Positions 1-13,420 of a stretch of 61,131 bases of DNA are shown here, one piece after another (within the stretch, counting starts at the first letter, position 1; the number at the start of each line of letters is the position of its first letter). The position numbers and the translations under genes were made by a program. The notes under the pieces were generated by a model. That model saw nothing but the letters and a program-made list of their open reading frames with translations, had not been told where the DNA came from and ran no database searches. The stretch is from Catajapyx aquilonaris (lineage: Eukaryota), in NCBI GenBank assembly GCA_000934665.2, contig KZ538594.1:1-61131 (forward strand), read 5' to 3'.

Positions 1-59
1 CTCAACTGTGCTTACTCTGCAAGGTTGAGGCCATACAAATGGGACAGTTTTTAAGGAAA

Positions 60-675
60 AACTGTCCTTAACAATGCCTTTAACAGTATCCTTAGCAGTG
101 TCCTTAACACTCTCTTTGACTGTGTCTTTGACATAGTCCACAATGTCCTTGGCAGTGACTTTAATATTGTCCACATCATCCTTAGCATTGTCCTTAACCC
201 TTAACTGGTGCGGTAAAAAGTCTTTTCCCGCCCGGTGCAGTGGCGTCTCGAGGAACGCCACTTTTTCCTTTCGATGTTTGTACGCCTTAACAGTGTCCTT
301 AACACTCTCTTTGACAGTGGCCTTTGACATTGTCCTTGGCAGTGTCTTTACTATTGTCCACTATGTTCTTAACAGCGTGTTTAACATTATTCTTAATAGC
401 GTGTTTAACATTATTCTTAACAGCGTGTTTAACATTATTCTTAACAGCGTGTTTAACATTATTCTTAACATTGTCCACATTATCATTAAGGACGTCCTTA
501 ACAGTGTATTTAACACCCTCCTTAACTTTGTCAATTGTTACCCTTAACATTGTCCACTGTCCTTAACAGTGTATTTAACACCCTCCTTAACTTTGTCAAT
601 GGTTACCCTTAACATTGTCCACAGTGTCCTTAAACACTGTCCACAGTGTCCTTAACACTGTCCACATTGTCCTTA
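60..675. repeat. Degenerate tandem repeat built on CTTAACA(G/C)TGT, with about 4 near-perfect 24-bp units (ttcttaacagcgtgtttaacatta) at 367-470
   Basis: Periodicity is directly visible and explains the ORFs at 143-547, 299-550 and 324-566 (ILNSVFNI repeats). Confidence 0.9.
198..286 (+). mobile_element. Possible truncated piggyBac-like terminus inserted in the tandem repeat
   Basis: Non-repeat segment starts TTAA|CCC, is bounded by TTAA at 194-197 and 287-290, and has an 8-bp stem agtggcgt/acgccact at 239-262; no matching GGG right end. Confidence 0.35.
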
Positions 676-2999
676 CAACAGGTTTTCGATACATATTAAG
701 ACAAAAACTTGGGTTTCCATCTCACTTTCACCAATTCTGATTAACGCTTCACCAACCGGGTTCTCCCAAAAACCCGGTTCTAAAACCTTCTCTCCCTCAG
801 TTTGACGTATTTCAAGTCGTCGCGGCCCGATGAGATTCGAGGGAATGAAAAGTTTTAAGTGCCCACTAGGGGCGCTTGATTTAGAGTCTTGGAATGACCC
901 GAGCCACAAAAGGCAGACAGCGATATAAAGAGTGAATGCGAGAATAAAAAGAGAGAGAAAAGACCTCGCTTTTTTTTCTCGCTCGCTAAGTTTAAAGCGA
1001 GCTTATAAAATAAAGAACGAAAGGTGTGATTTACCGAGGCGAATTACCGGACATTTGCAGATTTAATGGTATTGACTTGAATATTTTGAGCAAGGTCAAA
1101 AGTCGAGTTGTGATTGTAATTCTGCTGAGGTCAGCTAGGTTTTCCACGTGACAGAACTTGGGTCAGGAAATTGAAGGGACCACCCTACCACCCACTACGA
1201 CCAACTCTTTCCATTTGATTTTTTTTGGGTGGGTTGAGCCAAATGCAAATTTGACCTAGATTTGGACATTTTGCGGATCTATGCAGGACTAGAAGGGCGC
1301 AAAAATAGGGGGTAAATAGATGGACTTAAAACCGGGTTTAACTTCAGGAACTTAATACCAACAGTGTTGAGACAAGTTTGTCCATTCCCTTTGACTCCGC
1401 CTGTACCATCTGACCTCAATTAGCCTCCTGCAAATTGACTGCGATTTCTCCTGATTGCGACTAAATTCTTAATGACTTGGGGGTCATGAGACTGTGCAGT
1501 TCACTTAAAGGTGACCATGGTAGCAGCAACCATAGCATAAGACCATGGAAAGTTCTTAAGACAGGTTCAACGACGGTAAACCTGAACAAGCTGTAAGTTG
1601 GAAATACGTGGTATTCAGAAACACCAGTTGGAAATACATGGTATTCAGAGACATCGGTTGAAAATAATACCATTTTGCTAATTACTAATTATTTTCTTAG
1701 ATAATTTTCTACAAAAAGTGCTTAATCGATCTCCAATTAGTACTAACTAAGCACATTGAGCAGTTGAAAACGGATGGTGACCATTCAGTATCAATCATAA
1801 TATAACTTACCCTCTATCGTAGAAGGTAACTAGGATCATTCAATAGAAGTTTATGGCTTCACATCCTTAGCAGAATGGCAATACCAGTTAAATCAGCTGA
1901 ATGACCCTAGTTACACACGCTTGACAATAACCTACGACCTATCCGTGATCGCAACGCATGTATCTGATGCATCGTTCTAACACTAGTACTGTCCGTTCCC
2001 AAAAAACGGCCATACAATCAACAAAAACTGTCGCCATCTGTCTGTCAAACCCCGACACTTCGCTCCGACTGTCGCGACATCTATCGCCAGCAATCAACCA
2101 CCAGCGCCATCTGGTGTTTAAATTTTTGTGTCCTCCAATGTGAATAAAAATTCCTGGTACGTCCCCCTGTGTAATACCATGGCTTAAATACAAAAGGGAA
2201 CGGTCCATAAACAAAGCATAAATCAGAGTAGACAGCGGTAGGAATGCAAGTCCGGTGACGCAAATCGCAGTGGAGACGATCAATGTTGGAGAGTTGGAGG
2301 GACGAAACAAAAACCGGTGTTAGTCCTGGGTACTGATCCTGGAGAGTTGCAAGTTTTTAGCATAGAGAAGAGCAGGGTTTTAATATGGCGGCGTGGCTTG
2401 ACTATAAATCAAAATGGCGGGGTAGAAAACGGCGGTTAGAATTCGTAACCTGCTGGGAAGTCTGGGGGTAAAGGTCCGCGTGATTTATGGACGCTCTTTT
2501 TTGAGGACGTCCCACTAACCAAAGGAAGAATTGGGCGCCATATTGGAGTGGATTGCTAATTTTTTGCGAGTTTAGTTCGGTGGATTCTAGTACGTATGTA
2601 GTAAATATTTTTAAAATTTCAAAATTTGATATCGAGCGATGTTTGTAAAGTACACTAATTCATGTACCGATTCGGGAGATAGTATTTTGTGATATATCTT
2701 GTGGTGAATCTACTGTACTGACTAGTACATACGGTACAACGTTCAGATGTACTGACGTGGAAACGGTACATGACGATGTACCGATTTCTAGGCCAAATAC
2801 GTCTGCGGTACGGACTAGTAAACGAAGCATCGTTCAGCGATGTATTGAATTGGAAATGTTACATGACGATGTACCGATTTATGTACTGATTTGGATGTCC
2901 TAATGTCTACAGTGCTATCTTGTAGATGGTATTTGATCACAAAATACCACCTCCAAGTCGATATATAAATAAGTACATGAATTACAGTGTTCAAAACTT

Positions 3000-3600
3000 A
3001 AAACACGAATATCGATAATTATGTTGATTTTCTTTCGATATGTGGCATCGTGATTGTATCTATTTATATTAATCATACAGTACATCGATGTAATATTCTA
3101 TCAAGTATCGATGTAATATTACATCATATATAGGTTTGTATTACATCGTATATCGATTTTATGCTTCATATATCGATTTTGTACTTCAGTACATCATATC
3201 GTATTATAGATTTTATACAATATTTTATAACAATTTTTTTGCATACATCGATTTTTGATATATATCGAATTTTATATTACATCACTTATCGATTTCACAT
3301 TAGGCCTTCACAATATATCCATTTTTATATCAAGTGTTGACCTACATAATGTATCGATATCATATTACGCATAATATGTAATCAAATTGTTAAAGTGCGC
3401 TATTTGAGACTGGAAGTGCTGTGCATACCCATAAAAATCGAAACAAATATCGATTGCCAGACGATATATCGGCAATTGATAAATTGATATAAGAAATAGG
3501 AAAGGGATAAAATAATAGCAAACTAAGTCGCTAATATGATTGATGTCTTGAATTTTCCCCTATGATATAAATCGATATTTTCGCAACCTATCGATAACCG
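3000..3600. repeat. ATCGAT-rich degenerate AT-rich block
   Basis: Dense ATCGAT/TATCGA motifs, same style as the blocks at 22.4, 37.8, 51.5, 55.8 and 60.5 kb. Confidence 0.7.
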
Positions 3601-4291
3601 TGGGTAACGTCTTATCCGAATATACACCCCGAAGGAATTGTCGCTTCACACAAATAGATCACAGCCTAAATGTTAAGAGCTACACTAACCGCGATAACCA
3701 CAAATTGAAATCGTTCTTCCCCAAAAATTTTGGAGGTCAGCCATACTATCGATTTTAAAATTGGGGCAGGGAAGGGGGGAAAAGCGGGGAAAGGGGGAGG
3801 AATGGGGAGGGATAGGATTTTTGGGCACATGCGATCTAGCCGCACACGGCTTTACCGCTGTCATATTTATCCGGGGGGGCCAACATGAAAATTAATGGGC
3901 CGGATTGCCCTTTTGTGGGGGTCTACTAACTGATTAATTAATTAGCGGGCAGGTTGGAAATGGGGAGGAGGAGGAGGCGGGAGGAAAAGGGGACGGAGGA
4001 GGGGATTGCCAACCGGCCATCTAGCAGTTATCAAGATTGACCTTGCCGCTCTGGCGATCGTAATTGAGTACATGCTCATATACTGGAAGTATGAGTATGA
4101 AGTGTGGCCAGAAGATTCATTATTCTGGGCTTAACTAATCTAAGTCTTGATTAAACTGTCGATGTAGTACTATATCCCTCGCACAGATGGACGCATCCTG
4201 TCTTTTTGCAAGTTCTGCCACTCTCAGGGTAGTGGTACTATAAGCATCTAGCTGAACGAGTGATGGCTCGCCCTGGACAAACAAGCAGACT

Positions 4292-4635
4292 TACCTAACC
4301 CTAACCCTAATCCTAACCCTAACTGTAACCAATTCCTAACCCTTCCTAACCCTAACTGTAACCAATTCCTAACCCTTCCTAACCCTAACTGTAACCAATT
4401 CCTAACCCTTCCTAACCCTAACTGTAACCAATTCCTAACCATTCCTAACCCTAACTGTAACCAATTCATAACCATTCCTAAACCTTCCTAAACTGTATCC
4501 AATTCTAACCTAACACTAACTGTTAGGGTTAGTTAAGGATAGGATAGGATATAATAGGTTAGGACCAAGCGCTAACCAAGGGATTATCCCCCTCTGATCT
4601 CACCGAACCTTAACCTTATCCCTAACCAAACCCAA
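4292..4635. repeat. Telomere-like (CCTAAC/CCTAA) repeat organised as a 33-bp minisatellite
   Basis: About 5-6 units of aactgtaaccaattcctaacccttcctaaccct, preceded by cctaac repeats; TTAGG-type motifs in the opposite orientation at 4522-4563. Confidence 0.85.
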
Positions 4636-5184
4636 CATTTCTTAGACATGATAAAACCAGTTCTTACCAAACTCCACTCTGATCTATCCTCTTAACCAAA
4701 CATATGGATAACCTGACTGACACCACATCCATCAATCCAAACCTCTGATTGGCTCCACAAGTCCTAGACCTACCCCACCTTGTACCTCGCTTTAAATCCT
4801 CCAAGGGGGGGGGGGTCTGAGACATCCAACCTTGGAAACCTGACATGGCACAAAGTTCGGTCACCGAGACAAGATGTATGCTCAACGTTTGTGGGGTGAC
4901 ATCAAACTTGTGCGAAATCGATAGTCCGGGAGGCCAAGAAGGCTCTCTCTCTCCTCCTCCTTCCCCTATCTCCCCACTTGCTTCCCCCTCCGTCCTGCCA
5001 GACTCCGGAAGGGATGATCAATTGCGAGCCAGCACAGCTACCTTCTAGCCTCACATAAGCGTTTTAGGGCTGCTCCGAGGGGTTAATAAAGAGATCGGAA
5101 TAATTCAGGGCATCTTGGGAGACCGAGAGTGCTGCTGGTTACATCTAATTTGAATGAGGGAACGCTTTGGCGCTGCGGTAGGGA

Positions 5185-5216
5185 ACCGGAAGTCACGTGA
5201 CAGGAAGTGGCGTCAC
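5185..5216. promoter_or_regulatory. Compact motif cluster: ETS (ACCGGAAGT), palindromic E-box (GTCACGTGAC), ETS (CAGGAAGTG), half-CRE (GCGTCA)
   Basis: Four overlapping or adjacent consensus motifs in 32 bp; function not shown. Confidence 0.3.
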
Positions 5217-5299
5217 GGGGGAGAAAGACACGTGGGATGAAACGTTGGAAAATGGCCTTCAAACATTGTGCAAGCTCTTATTCATGGTATCCTTCAGGT

Positions 5300-5850
5300 A
5301 TGATCAAGAATATCATGAATAAGAATATTGTGAAAGATATCATGAATGAGAATATTGTGAAAGATATCATGAATGAGAATATCGTGAAAGATATCATGAA
5401 TGAGAATATCGTGAAAGATATCATGAATGAGAATATTGTGAACAATATCATAAGGATATCATGAATGAGAATATTGTGAACAATATCATAAGGATATCAT
5501 GTAGATTGTGGAGGATACAACTGAAGGATATCATGAATAGGTTGTTACGTGTATCATATTGTCACTGAATGATATTCTTTTCATAATATCACTGCATGGC
5601 ATTCTATTCGTGATATCACTGAATGATATTCTATTCATATCACGAATTATATCATGAATGGAATATTACTGCAGGATGTCATAAGATGCTACTGCAGGAT
5701 ATCATAAGATTCTACTGCAGTATATCATAAGATGCTACTGCAGGATATCATAAGATGCAACTGAAGGATATCATAAGATGCTACTGAAGGATATCATAAG
5801 ATGCTACTGAAAGATATCATGACTTGAATATTACGGAAGGATATCGTGAA
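5300..5850. repeat. GATATCAT-based minisatellites: 27-bp unit (about 5308-5500) and 23-bp unit (about 5668-5820)
   Basis: Units gaatattgtgaaagatatcatgaatga and actgcaggatatcataagatgct. Confidence 0.9.
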
Positions 5851-7284
5851 TACCATTTTGAGGAATACGTTATGCAGTGTTGTCATATATTGGACAACAA
5901 CAAAGATCATACATGAAAGAGTGTACATCACAACAATCACATACATGACCAATCACAGATTAACGTCCTTTGATTGTGACTGAAACGCGTCTAGATCAGA
6001 CGTTTGGAGTGAAAAACGGTTGATCCTGATTTCTATTTTCCAACCCCCTAACTGGAGGGTATTCCCAGCAGAGAAGCTCACTGACATGACTGATTACCAG
6101 GCTCACAGTAGGAGATTTCACAGTCCTATTTATCCACCTGACACCCCCCATTTTTCACAGGGTACGACGACCCCAGTTGACATGACCTGGTAAGACGCTC
6201 CTGTCTCTGTATATGCTGATCTCATTAGTGCATGTGTGGGATGCAGTCACACATGCAGTTTTGCCTACGAAGTGGCTGTTATTGGCTGGACTGCATTTCG
6301 TGCTGGCAGGACAACATACAAGGCTGTCTCCTATGGGGACAGGACCACTGCAAAATTCCCAGGGTTTTTTTTACAAAAAAAATGGCGGAAAAAGTTCCGC
6401 ACTGGACTGTGTGCTTTCGCTTGTGGTTTGAAGCCGGTCGAGTGGACGTTGGTGGTATTATGTCGAAAGTTTGGACGTGACATGTACAATTAGGGATTTT
6501 TGGGGACTTTTATGGAGCGTATATTCAACGATATATTTAGGCAGAAGTGGAGGATTTTTTTGGGGGGAAAATGGTGCATTATATGGTGGTAATGGTTTTA
6601 CTGTAGGACTGTACATGGGCAAATGCTAACTAACCAAAATTTTGATGGCGGAAAAAGGATTAATTACATTTCCACAATAATCGAAAGTTTCAATATTTAA
6701 TATAATATTGAAAAAAGTTTCAATATTTAATATAATATTGAAAAAAGTTTCAAATTTTGATTCATAATTTTGTTTCATTTGAGCTGTGATTTGATTTAGG
6801 GCTAAAATGTCATCTAATTGCAATTCTATTTAAAGTGATTGAATTCTATTGTAAATTATTTATTTGAATTGAAAGTGTTCAATTTGATTTAAAATAAATT
6901 TGACATAATTATGATGGCTCTGAAATTTAATGTACTTTGAAATTTTATTGGAAATTGAATTCAACAATAGTTCTGGCCATCGCACAGTAGTTTAAATTTC
7001 CATAATAATTTAACGTTGTGAATTTAAAATTAAGTCTAATTTTAAACGTTTCAAAATTTGAATCAAATTTTGTTTAGATAGAAATTTTACTTTAAAATTA
7101 TATGCTTGATTGAAAGATTCATCTAATTGCATTTCGATTTAAAGTGATCCAATTCCATTATTATTTGAATTTAAAGTAATTTCATTTCAAATAATTCCGT
7201 TTGACTTCAAATGATTCAGGTTGACTTCAAATGATTGGATTCAATCTTATATGATTCTTAAATTTAATATACATTTAAATTTTA

Positions 7285-7455
7285 TCTGAAAATTGAAAAT
7301 TGATTTTGAAAAATTGAAAATTTATTTTGAAGAATTGAGAATTTATTTTGAAAAATTGAAAATTTATTTGAAAATTTGAACATTTATTTGAAAATTTGAA
7401 AATTGAAATATTGAAAATTGAAATATTGAAAATTGAAATATTGAAAAAATTTGAA
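7285..7455. repeat. Low-complexity TTGAAAA(T) repeat
   Basis: Repeated aaaattgaaa/atattgaaaattg. Confidence 0.85.
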
Positions 7456-10400
7456 AAGATTATCTGAAGTCGAGATGTACTGTACACATACCATATAATT
7501 TTCCAAAAATCGTTACAGCCAGAGAAACGTCGCAGTTCAGCTGGATCTAACTTTAAAACTACTGCACTGCATTACCATTATGTACATTTAAACCTAACCT
7601 TACAAGCCCTTTCTTATTGTTCATTTCGAAACAAAAAAAAAAGTTTCCTTGCGTTAAAATATTTTTTGTCTGAACCTAATTATTCCAAACTTTTTGCCTT
7701 TTTCTTATTATTCTCCTCCGGAGTTTTTGCAAAAATGGCTTTTCTGCACAATCATGACTTGGGGAAAAAAATGACTTAACCCTCCCATTAACTTCTAGAA
7801 AGAATAAAAGCAGAGCTGGATTTACAACGCAGATATTTTGTAGGCGCAGATTACGATCTTTGGCCCTAACGAGCTCCTAAAATGCCCTTCTTCCTTCCTC
7901 TCTCTCTTTTTTTTTTACTTCCTTCATACTTTTTTTTTGAAGATTTCTTTTTACGACGTATGACTGGGGAAGATTACAACGTCCAAGAAAATGCGTCTTG
8001 GTCTTACGACATGAACGTGGATTCTTGGAAGGAGAATGGGGATGAAAATCTCTAGCGAATTCTACGCAAAAAGGAAAAGGAAAAAAAATCGGAATGTGAC
8101 ATCTTCCCAAAAAATGTAGAGTCTGCATTTTCTATGCGGAAAATTTTTTGCGCTATGAGTCGGGCATGTAAGTCATGTCGTATTATGCAAAAATGAAATT
8201 CAGACTATTATTACTATGAGAGAGTGCGGCCAGCACTATCATGCCAAGAAAGCTAGTTCAAGGATATAGAGTTGATGTAGTGTAATTTGCATAAGGCAAT
8301 TATTGTGCTCAATTTCCAATGTAACCAATCATTTTCTTGAGGAAAAAAATCAGTTGAAAAAACAATTTCGCGGCAAATAAGAATCCAATTTTCCACCAAA
8401 ATGCGATTTTTAGAGAGTTCGACAAGTGGTCCATTATTTAAATAGGCAAATTGCAATTGAGTTCGGGCCAAAAAAGGTCAGGAAAATAAATCAGTTGTTG
8501 AGTCCTCCTATACCACTACATCATTCGCATCATTGGTTTGGCAGACTTTTCGGTAGATAGGATGCCTTCCTATCCATCCCAAAACTTCCGGGGGGAGGGG
8601 AGGGGGGGGGAGCTGTTCAAAATTCATGGAATGGAAATTAGGATTCAATTCAGAAATTAGGTGCGACCAGCCGGCGCTTAGGCAGAAAACGAACTTTCTG
8701 AGCAGGAGGAGGTTGGCCCCCAACGTCTTCAAGAAAATGCTAGACCTCGATCGGATTAGTGCCAAGGACAGGACTAAGAAAGTTCACCTAAAAATGGAAG
8801 GCTTATTTCATATTGTTAGGAAGAGGGATTGTACGTGCTCGACAAGGCTTGGGTCAATTATAGCTGAATGAGGTCCGTTCTCAGGGAGGTCTACCACAAA
8901 GGAGTCTTTTCCTGAGGACACCGACAATGGAGTGGTTGGGCGGAAGGAGATGGCGGGGATCGTGTAACTAGTTCCCGTACCCTGAAATGTAGGATTTGTC
9001 GGGTCATATCTTCGTAAGTACACATCATATGGGAATTAAATTAATATCATCCGATTTGTAAGATGGCAGGGTGTAAGCTGATACGATAATCATAATTTTA
9101 TATATATTAAAAATGATAGTTAATTGGGATCAAATTATGTGACCTTTGACCTGGGTATGTGTTCTACCTGATAAAAATTGTACACTTATACCATACTGTC
9201 CTCACATAGTCAGCTATATTACTGCAAAATCCCGAGATGGTAATAAATTTATATACAGATATAAAAATTAATAAGTCAAGTAATGTCTAAAAAATTCGAT
9301 AGTAACCGCCTCCCTATATGATCTGCAGATTTCCAATTTGATCCCCGCCAAGTCATTTACACACTCGGAGTCGATTCCGTGTCGCCCCCAAGTGTGGATG
9401 GAATTATGGCTAGCATTAGGCTCCCCCAGTTTGGACGCCTTAAGGCTTGCAGGGAAATGGCGGCGCATGCTAATCGAGAGTAGGGGTGTGGGGGAAGTTG
9501 AGACAACGGGGATCCTATCGCTATTTTTTTAGGGAGGACTAACCCTTCCTATTCTGGCCACCGCCTCTAATTACCCTTGCAGGTTCGATATGGCCGCTAC
9601 ACAGCCTGGAGGCTTGCTAGGATCATGAACCCCCTCTCCCGGAGGCTTGGCATAATGCGAAGTGTGGTGGAGTGACGCGGAAGGTATTAGCGAAGGGGAT
9701 TCGCTCGACCGATCGCGAAGGGGACTCCTTTTCACCTCGGCATACAAAGGTCACTCAAAATGGAAGAGGCGAGAGCGTGACCTGGCTGGATACCAGCCTG
9801 GTTTTTGGAAAGTTTGGAAGCAAAGGAAGAACCTATAGGGTGGAATGTGGGTCAAATTCTGAGAGGGCCTACTGTGGTGGTAACATAAGGGGTTCCGTAG
9901 TGGGTTGCACCATAATCTAATATTTTGAACAATATTTTCTCAGAATAGTGTCAAATTTGAGTGTTTTGCATTTCCAGATAATTAATAACAGTCAACAATC
10001 ACTTGGGATGGGATTGGATGAGAATATTCATCCGAGTGGGTTTTTTTTGTTTTTTTGAAAAATATGGCCCGTGATTTTTCTTGGTTAGCTGCCCAGGTGG
10101 ATTCCATAATGGAGTGTTAATCAAGGGAATGTGTTTGAGATTTATGGCCCCAGCAGTTACGCTGAGTAATTTTAGCGTTCCCAAAAAAAAGATCTATGCA
10201 GAACGGCATTAATAATTTTGACAGTGTAATTGTGCAGTATTTCCATGACTTTTGTAACTGTCCGGGCTCTACAAATCAAAATCAATTCTTTAAAAAATGT
10301 AGCCTGTGACAACGAATTTTTACAGTACGAGTATTTTGTATAGGAACCTCTAACCTGTATGATCAGTGATATACTACAACATGATTGCACTGTGAACAGT

Positions 10401-11413
10401 CTATGTATTTTGATAATTAATTTTCACAAATTGATACTTGCAATGTCCAGGGATTAAATATGCACTTATTACCTAATCTGGATTTTTAAAAACTGAAACA
10501 ATATTAAAATTGAATTACACATTTTACAGTCACATAACATTGATTACAGTGCCTTATAGGCAGTACATTTTGATTGTCAGATTTATTAGTAGCCTAGCTG
10601 TAGGGTATGCGCAAAATGCGCTAATATTAATTATTGCTAATAATAAATACTGGTTAGTTACTTTTCAGTTGAATGTCCATTGAATCTGCATCATTTTCAA
10701 GAATTAATGAGCGTACACACTTATACAGTCTCTTCTAATTACTAATTAGCCATCCCCCTGGCAATACTCCCTCTCAACTATCACGATAACTTCCTCATAT
10801 TTAGTAGTAACAGCTAAGTGCCCTTCATGGTTAGGTTTAAGCATTTTAGTGCGGGTTATGAAGTACTCTCAACCCTTGCCAGCTCAGCTCAAATTCCCTC
10901 TTTCTCCTCTCTCATTTTAGCCTCTTTCAAACCTTCTACACTCTACCTCTACTCTCATCCAAGCATTGATGGCGTTATCAGCGGAATTGAGGAGATTACC
11001 ATAATTTTCATTCATGGACAGGCACTTGGCCAGACTTTAGACGTATGCAGAATCGAGGCAAGTCCACCGGTTATAAAAAGGGTACTTATACCCAGTTTTT
11101 TTTGTGGTAGTATATGTCTGCTCATTACCCTAGTTCTAGTAGGGGCATCCCCGACTTCCATTTCGCACAAATCTGCCAGGCTAACTCAGTCGTAATTCAT
11201 TGTCCAGATCATACGATATTACATCCAACTCTGACATGGTTCACCGCACTAATTATTCTGGTGCTTCAGGATTGTCTAGTTAGAATGTTCAAGTAGTTTT
11301 GAAACAATGGGGACCTTTGTTGGTGATCAAGAGCTTATTTTGAAGCTAGGAGACATTGTTCAGGGGAATGAGTGGTGGCGTCCCTAATATAGAACAGTTA
11401 TGAGATATGGTAG

Positions 11414-11448
<35 letters not shown>

Positions 11449-11650
11449 TATTCACTCATTCATTCATTCATTCATCTTTATTTATTCACTTTATTTATTT
11501 ATGACGTACTTTACTCATTCGTTAATTTTACTCATTCATTAATTTTAGTCAATTTTATTTATTATTTTTATTAGTTCATTTTATTCTTTCGTTTGTTCTT
11601 TTGTTTTATTCTTTTATTCATTCATTAATTCATTTTGTTCATTAATTAAT
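11414..11650. repeat. (TTTA)n/(TTCA)n microsatellite and its decayed extension
   Basis: Directly visible. Confidence 0.9.
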
Positions 11651-12555
11651 TAATATCATTTGCCCCTCTTAGGTGGACACATCGCAAAGAACAAGAAGGA
11701 AAATAAATACAATAAGAACTACTAACATAATGACTATCCTTTAGTCATTATGTCATGACAAGATAAACTACTGCAAATAGTTAATCACATTTTAAATAAA
11801 TATTGAGCATGTTCGTTCATACATGCTTGTTTTTCGCAAGACTACAGTGACATCTGTTTGCGACACCCTCCAATTGACACCTATGTTAACAGGGGCTTCG
11901 TACCCACAGACATTTAATTATGCGTATTCCACACGTTAATTGTTTTCCTGTCGATATTGTCCCTAACCCGGACATGCACTCGCCTCCTCCCACCCCCCAT
12001 AATATATTTTTTTTGTCCTCTCTCAACATTTTTAGCCACATTATAGGGGAACATGTCACAAGCTGGCATGACTGCTAAAATTTGCATTGCATTTTTCCAT
12101 TAAGTGAGCTTACAAGCTGTGGTCTGGAAAAAAATCATGCAAAAAAACTGCACTTTATCAACAAAAAAAAACCTGCGAAACATTATTGACAACCGGAACG
12201 TTGTGAACCGCAGGAAAATGTGCTGGGTTTGCTGAAAAATGGCCATCCCCCGCCTCTCCCCACCTCCCCACCAAAAATATAAAGAGTGAGTTCAGCTTCA
12301 TTACAATGCTGTTGTATGGAGATGCTACTCAGGTGAAGCCAATAATAGTGTTGAGGTAGTTAGAGGTACCTGGACAGGTAAATATTTTGATTTTTTTGAA
12401 TAAATTTTGAGTAATTTTTGAGTGACATTGTGGTAGAAAACACTGAAAACTGTTCAATTTCTGTTTGTAATAATTGTTCTGAATTTTTGACCATTTTAAA
12501 ACAAGTCATAATCAATTTGTGATCAGTTGTGTCACTCATTGAGTGATCACTGACT

Positions 12556-12729
12556 TTGTCACTAAGTCGCTCAGAGTTATCACAGGCTCTGTCACTAAGT
12601 CGCTCAGAGTTATCACAGGCTCTGTCACTAAGTCGCTCAGAGTTATCACAGACTCTGTCACTAAGTCGCTCAGAGTTATCACAGACTCTGTCACTAAGTC
12701 GCTCAGAGTTATCACAGACTCTGTCACTA
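12556..12729. repeat. 33-bp minisatellite, about 5 copies
   Basis: Unit tgtcactaagtcgctcagagttatcacag(a/g)ctc; explains the ORFs at 12360-12812. Confidence 0.95.
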
Positions 12730-13420
12730 AAAGAGTGATCAGTTGCGTCACTCATTGAGTCAAATTGTAATTGATTAATTGATTCTGAAGAATGACTAGT
12801 GACTTCATTCAATCAGTGATCAGTCAGTTATTCTCTATGATCAGTCTACAATTAACTCTGAGTAATAAGTTCCCTCTTAAACAATGACAGTTCTTGATGA
12901 TCACTCTTTTCGTCCCATTACTCAAAGAATCACTCAAATCTGATCACTCATAAACTTGACTCTGTGGCTTCCAGGACATCACCCAAACCCCTGTTCATAC
13001 CCATCCGTTCGTTCCATTTGGTCCAAGGGTGTCCCGGAACATGATGGGACAAATCACAGGTGGTAAAAGGAATCGAAAAAAAAGCACTCAACTCCCACCA
13101 ACCAAATTGCTTCCCTCCTCTTCCTCCTTCCCCTACTTTTTTCCCCTCCTCCCCAGGAGATATTGGAAGTCTGAGGCCTAAAGTCTGCCTTTGGGGAACC
13201 TCCCACTCGGAATGATGTCGTTGGGATGTGGGAAGATTCACCCCCTTTTTTGAACCCTTTCCGGTTGAAGCGTCATCAAATGCGTCGTTTATCCTGGGAG
13301 TTGAGTAAGGGGTGAAACTGGTGCAATTACACTGGGTGAATTTGTTTGCGGAATTGCTCGTCAGGGAGAGTCGTGAAAGTAATGACCTACAATCAGGACA
13401 TCAATCTGCTTTTTTTTAAC

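Noticed and set aside
143..566. Repetitive ORFs here and at 4248, 5207, 12360, 31532, 32748, 42626, 51652 and 55791
   Set aside because: Each coincides with a minisatellite or low-complexity block.
3763..3812. G-quadruplex-like G runs
   Set aside because: Similar purine tracts are common across the window and nothing singles this one out.
5965..5995. Hammerhead-like GAAACGCGTC; also CTGATGAG on the minus strand near 59935
   Set aside because: The partner core motif (CUGANGA or GAAA) and the helices are missing.
12352..12375. let-7-like TGAGGTAGT; also partial miR-133-like (about 42450) and miR-125-like (about 30708) matches
   Set aside because: Only 9-11 nt match and I see no precursor hairpin.
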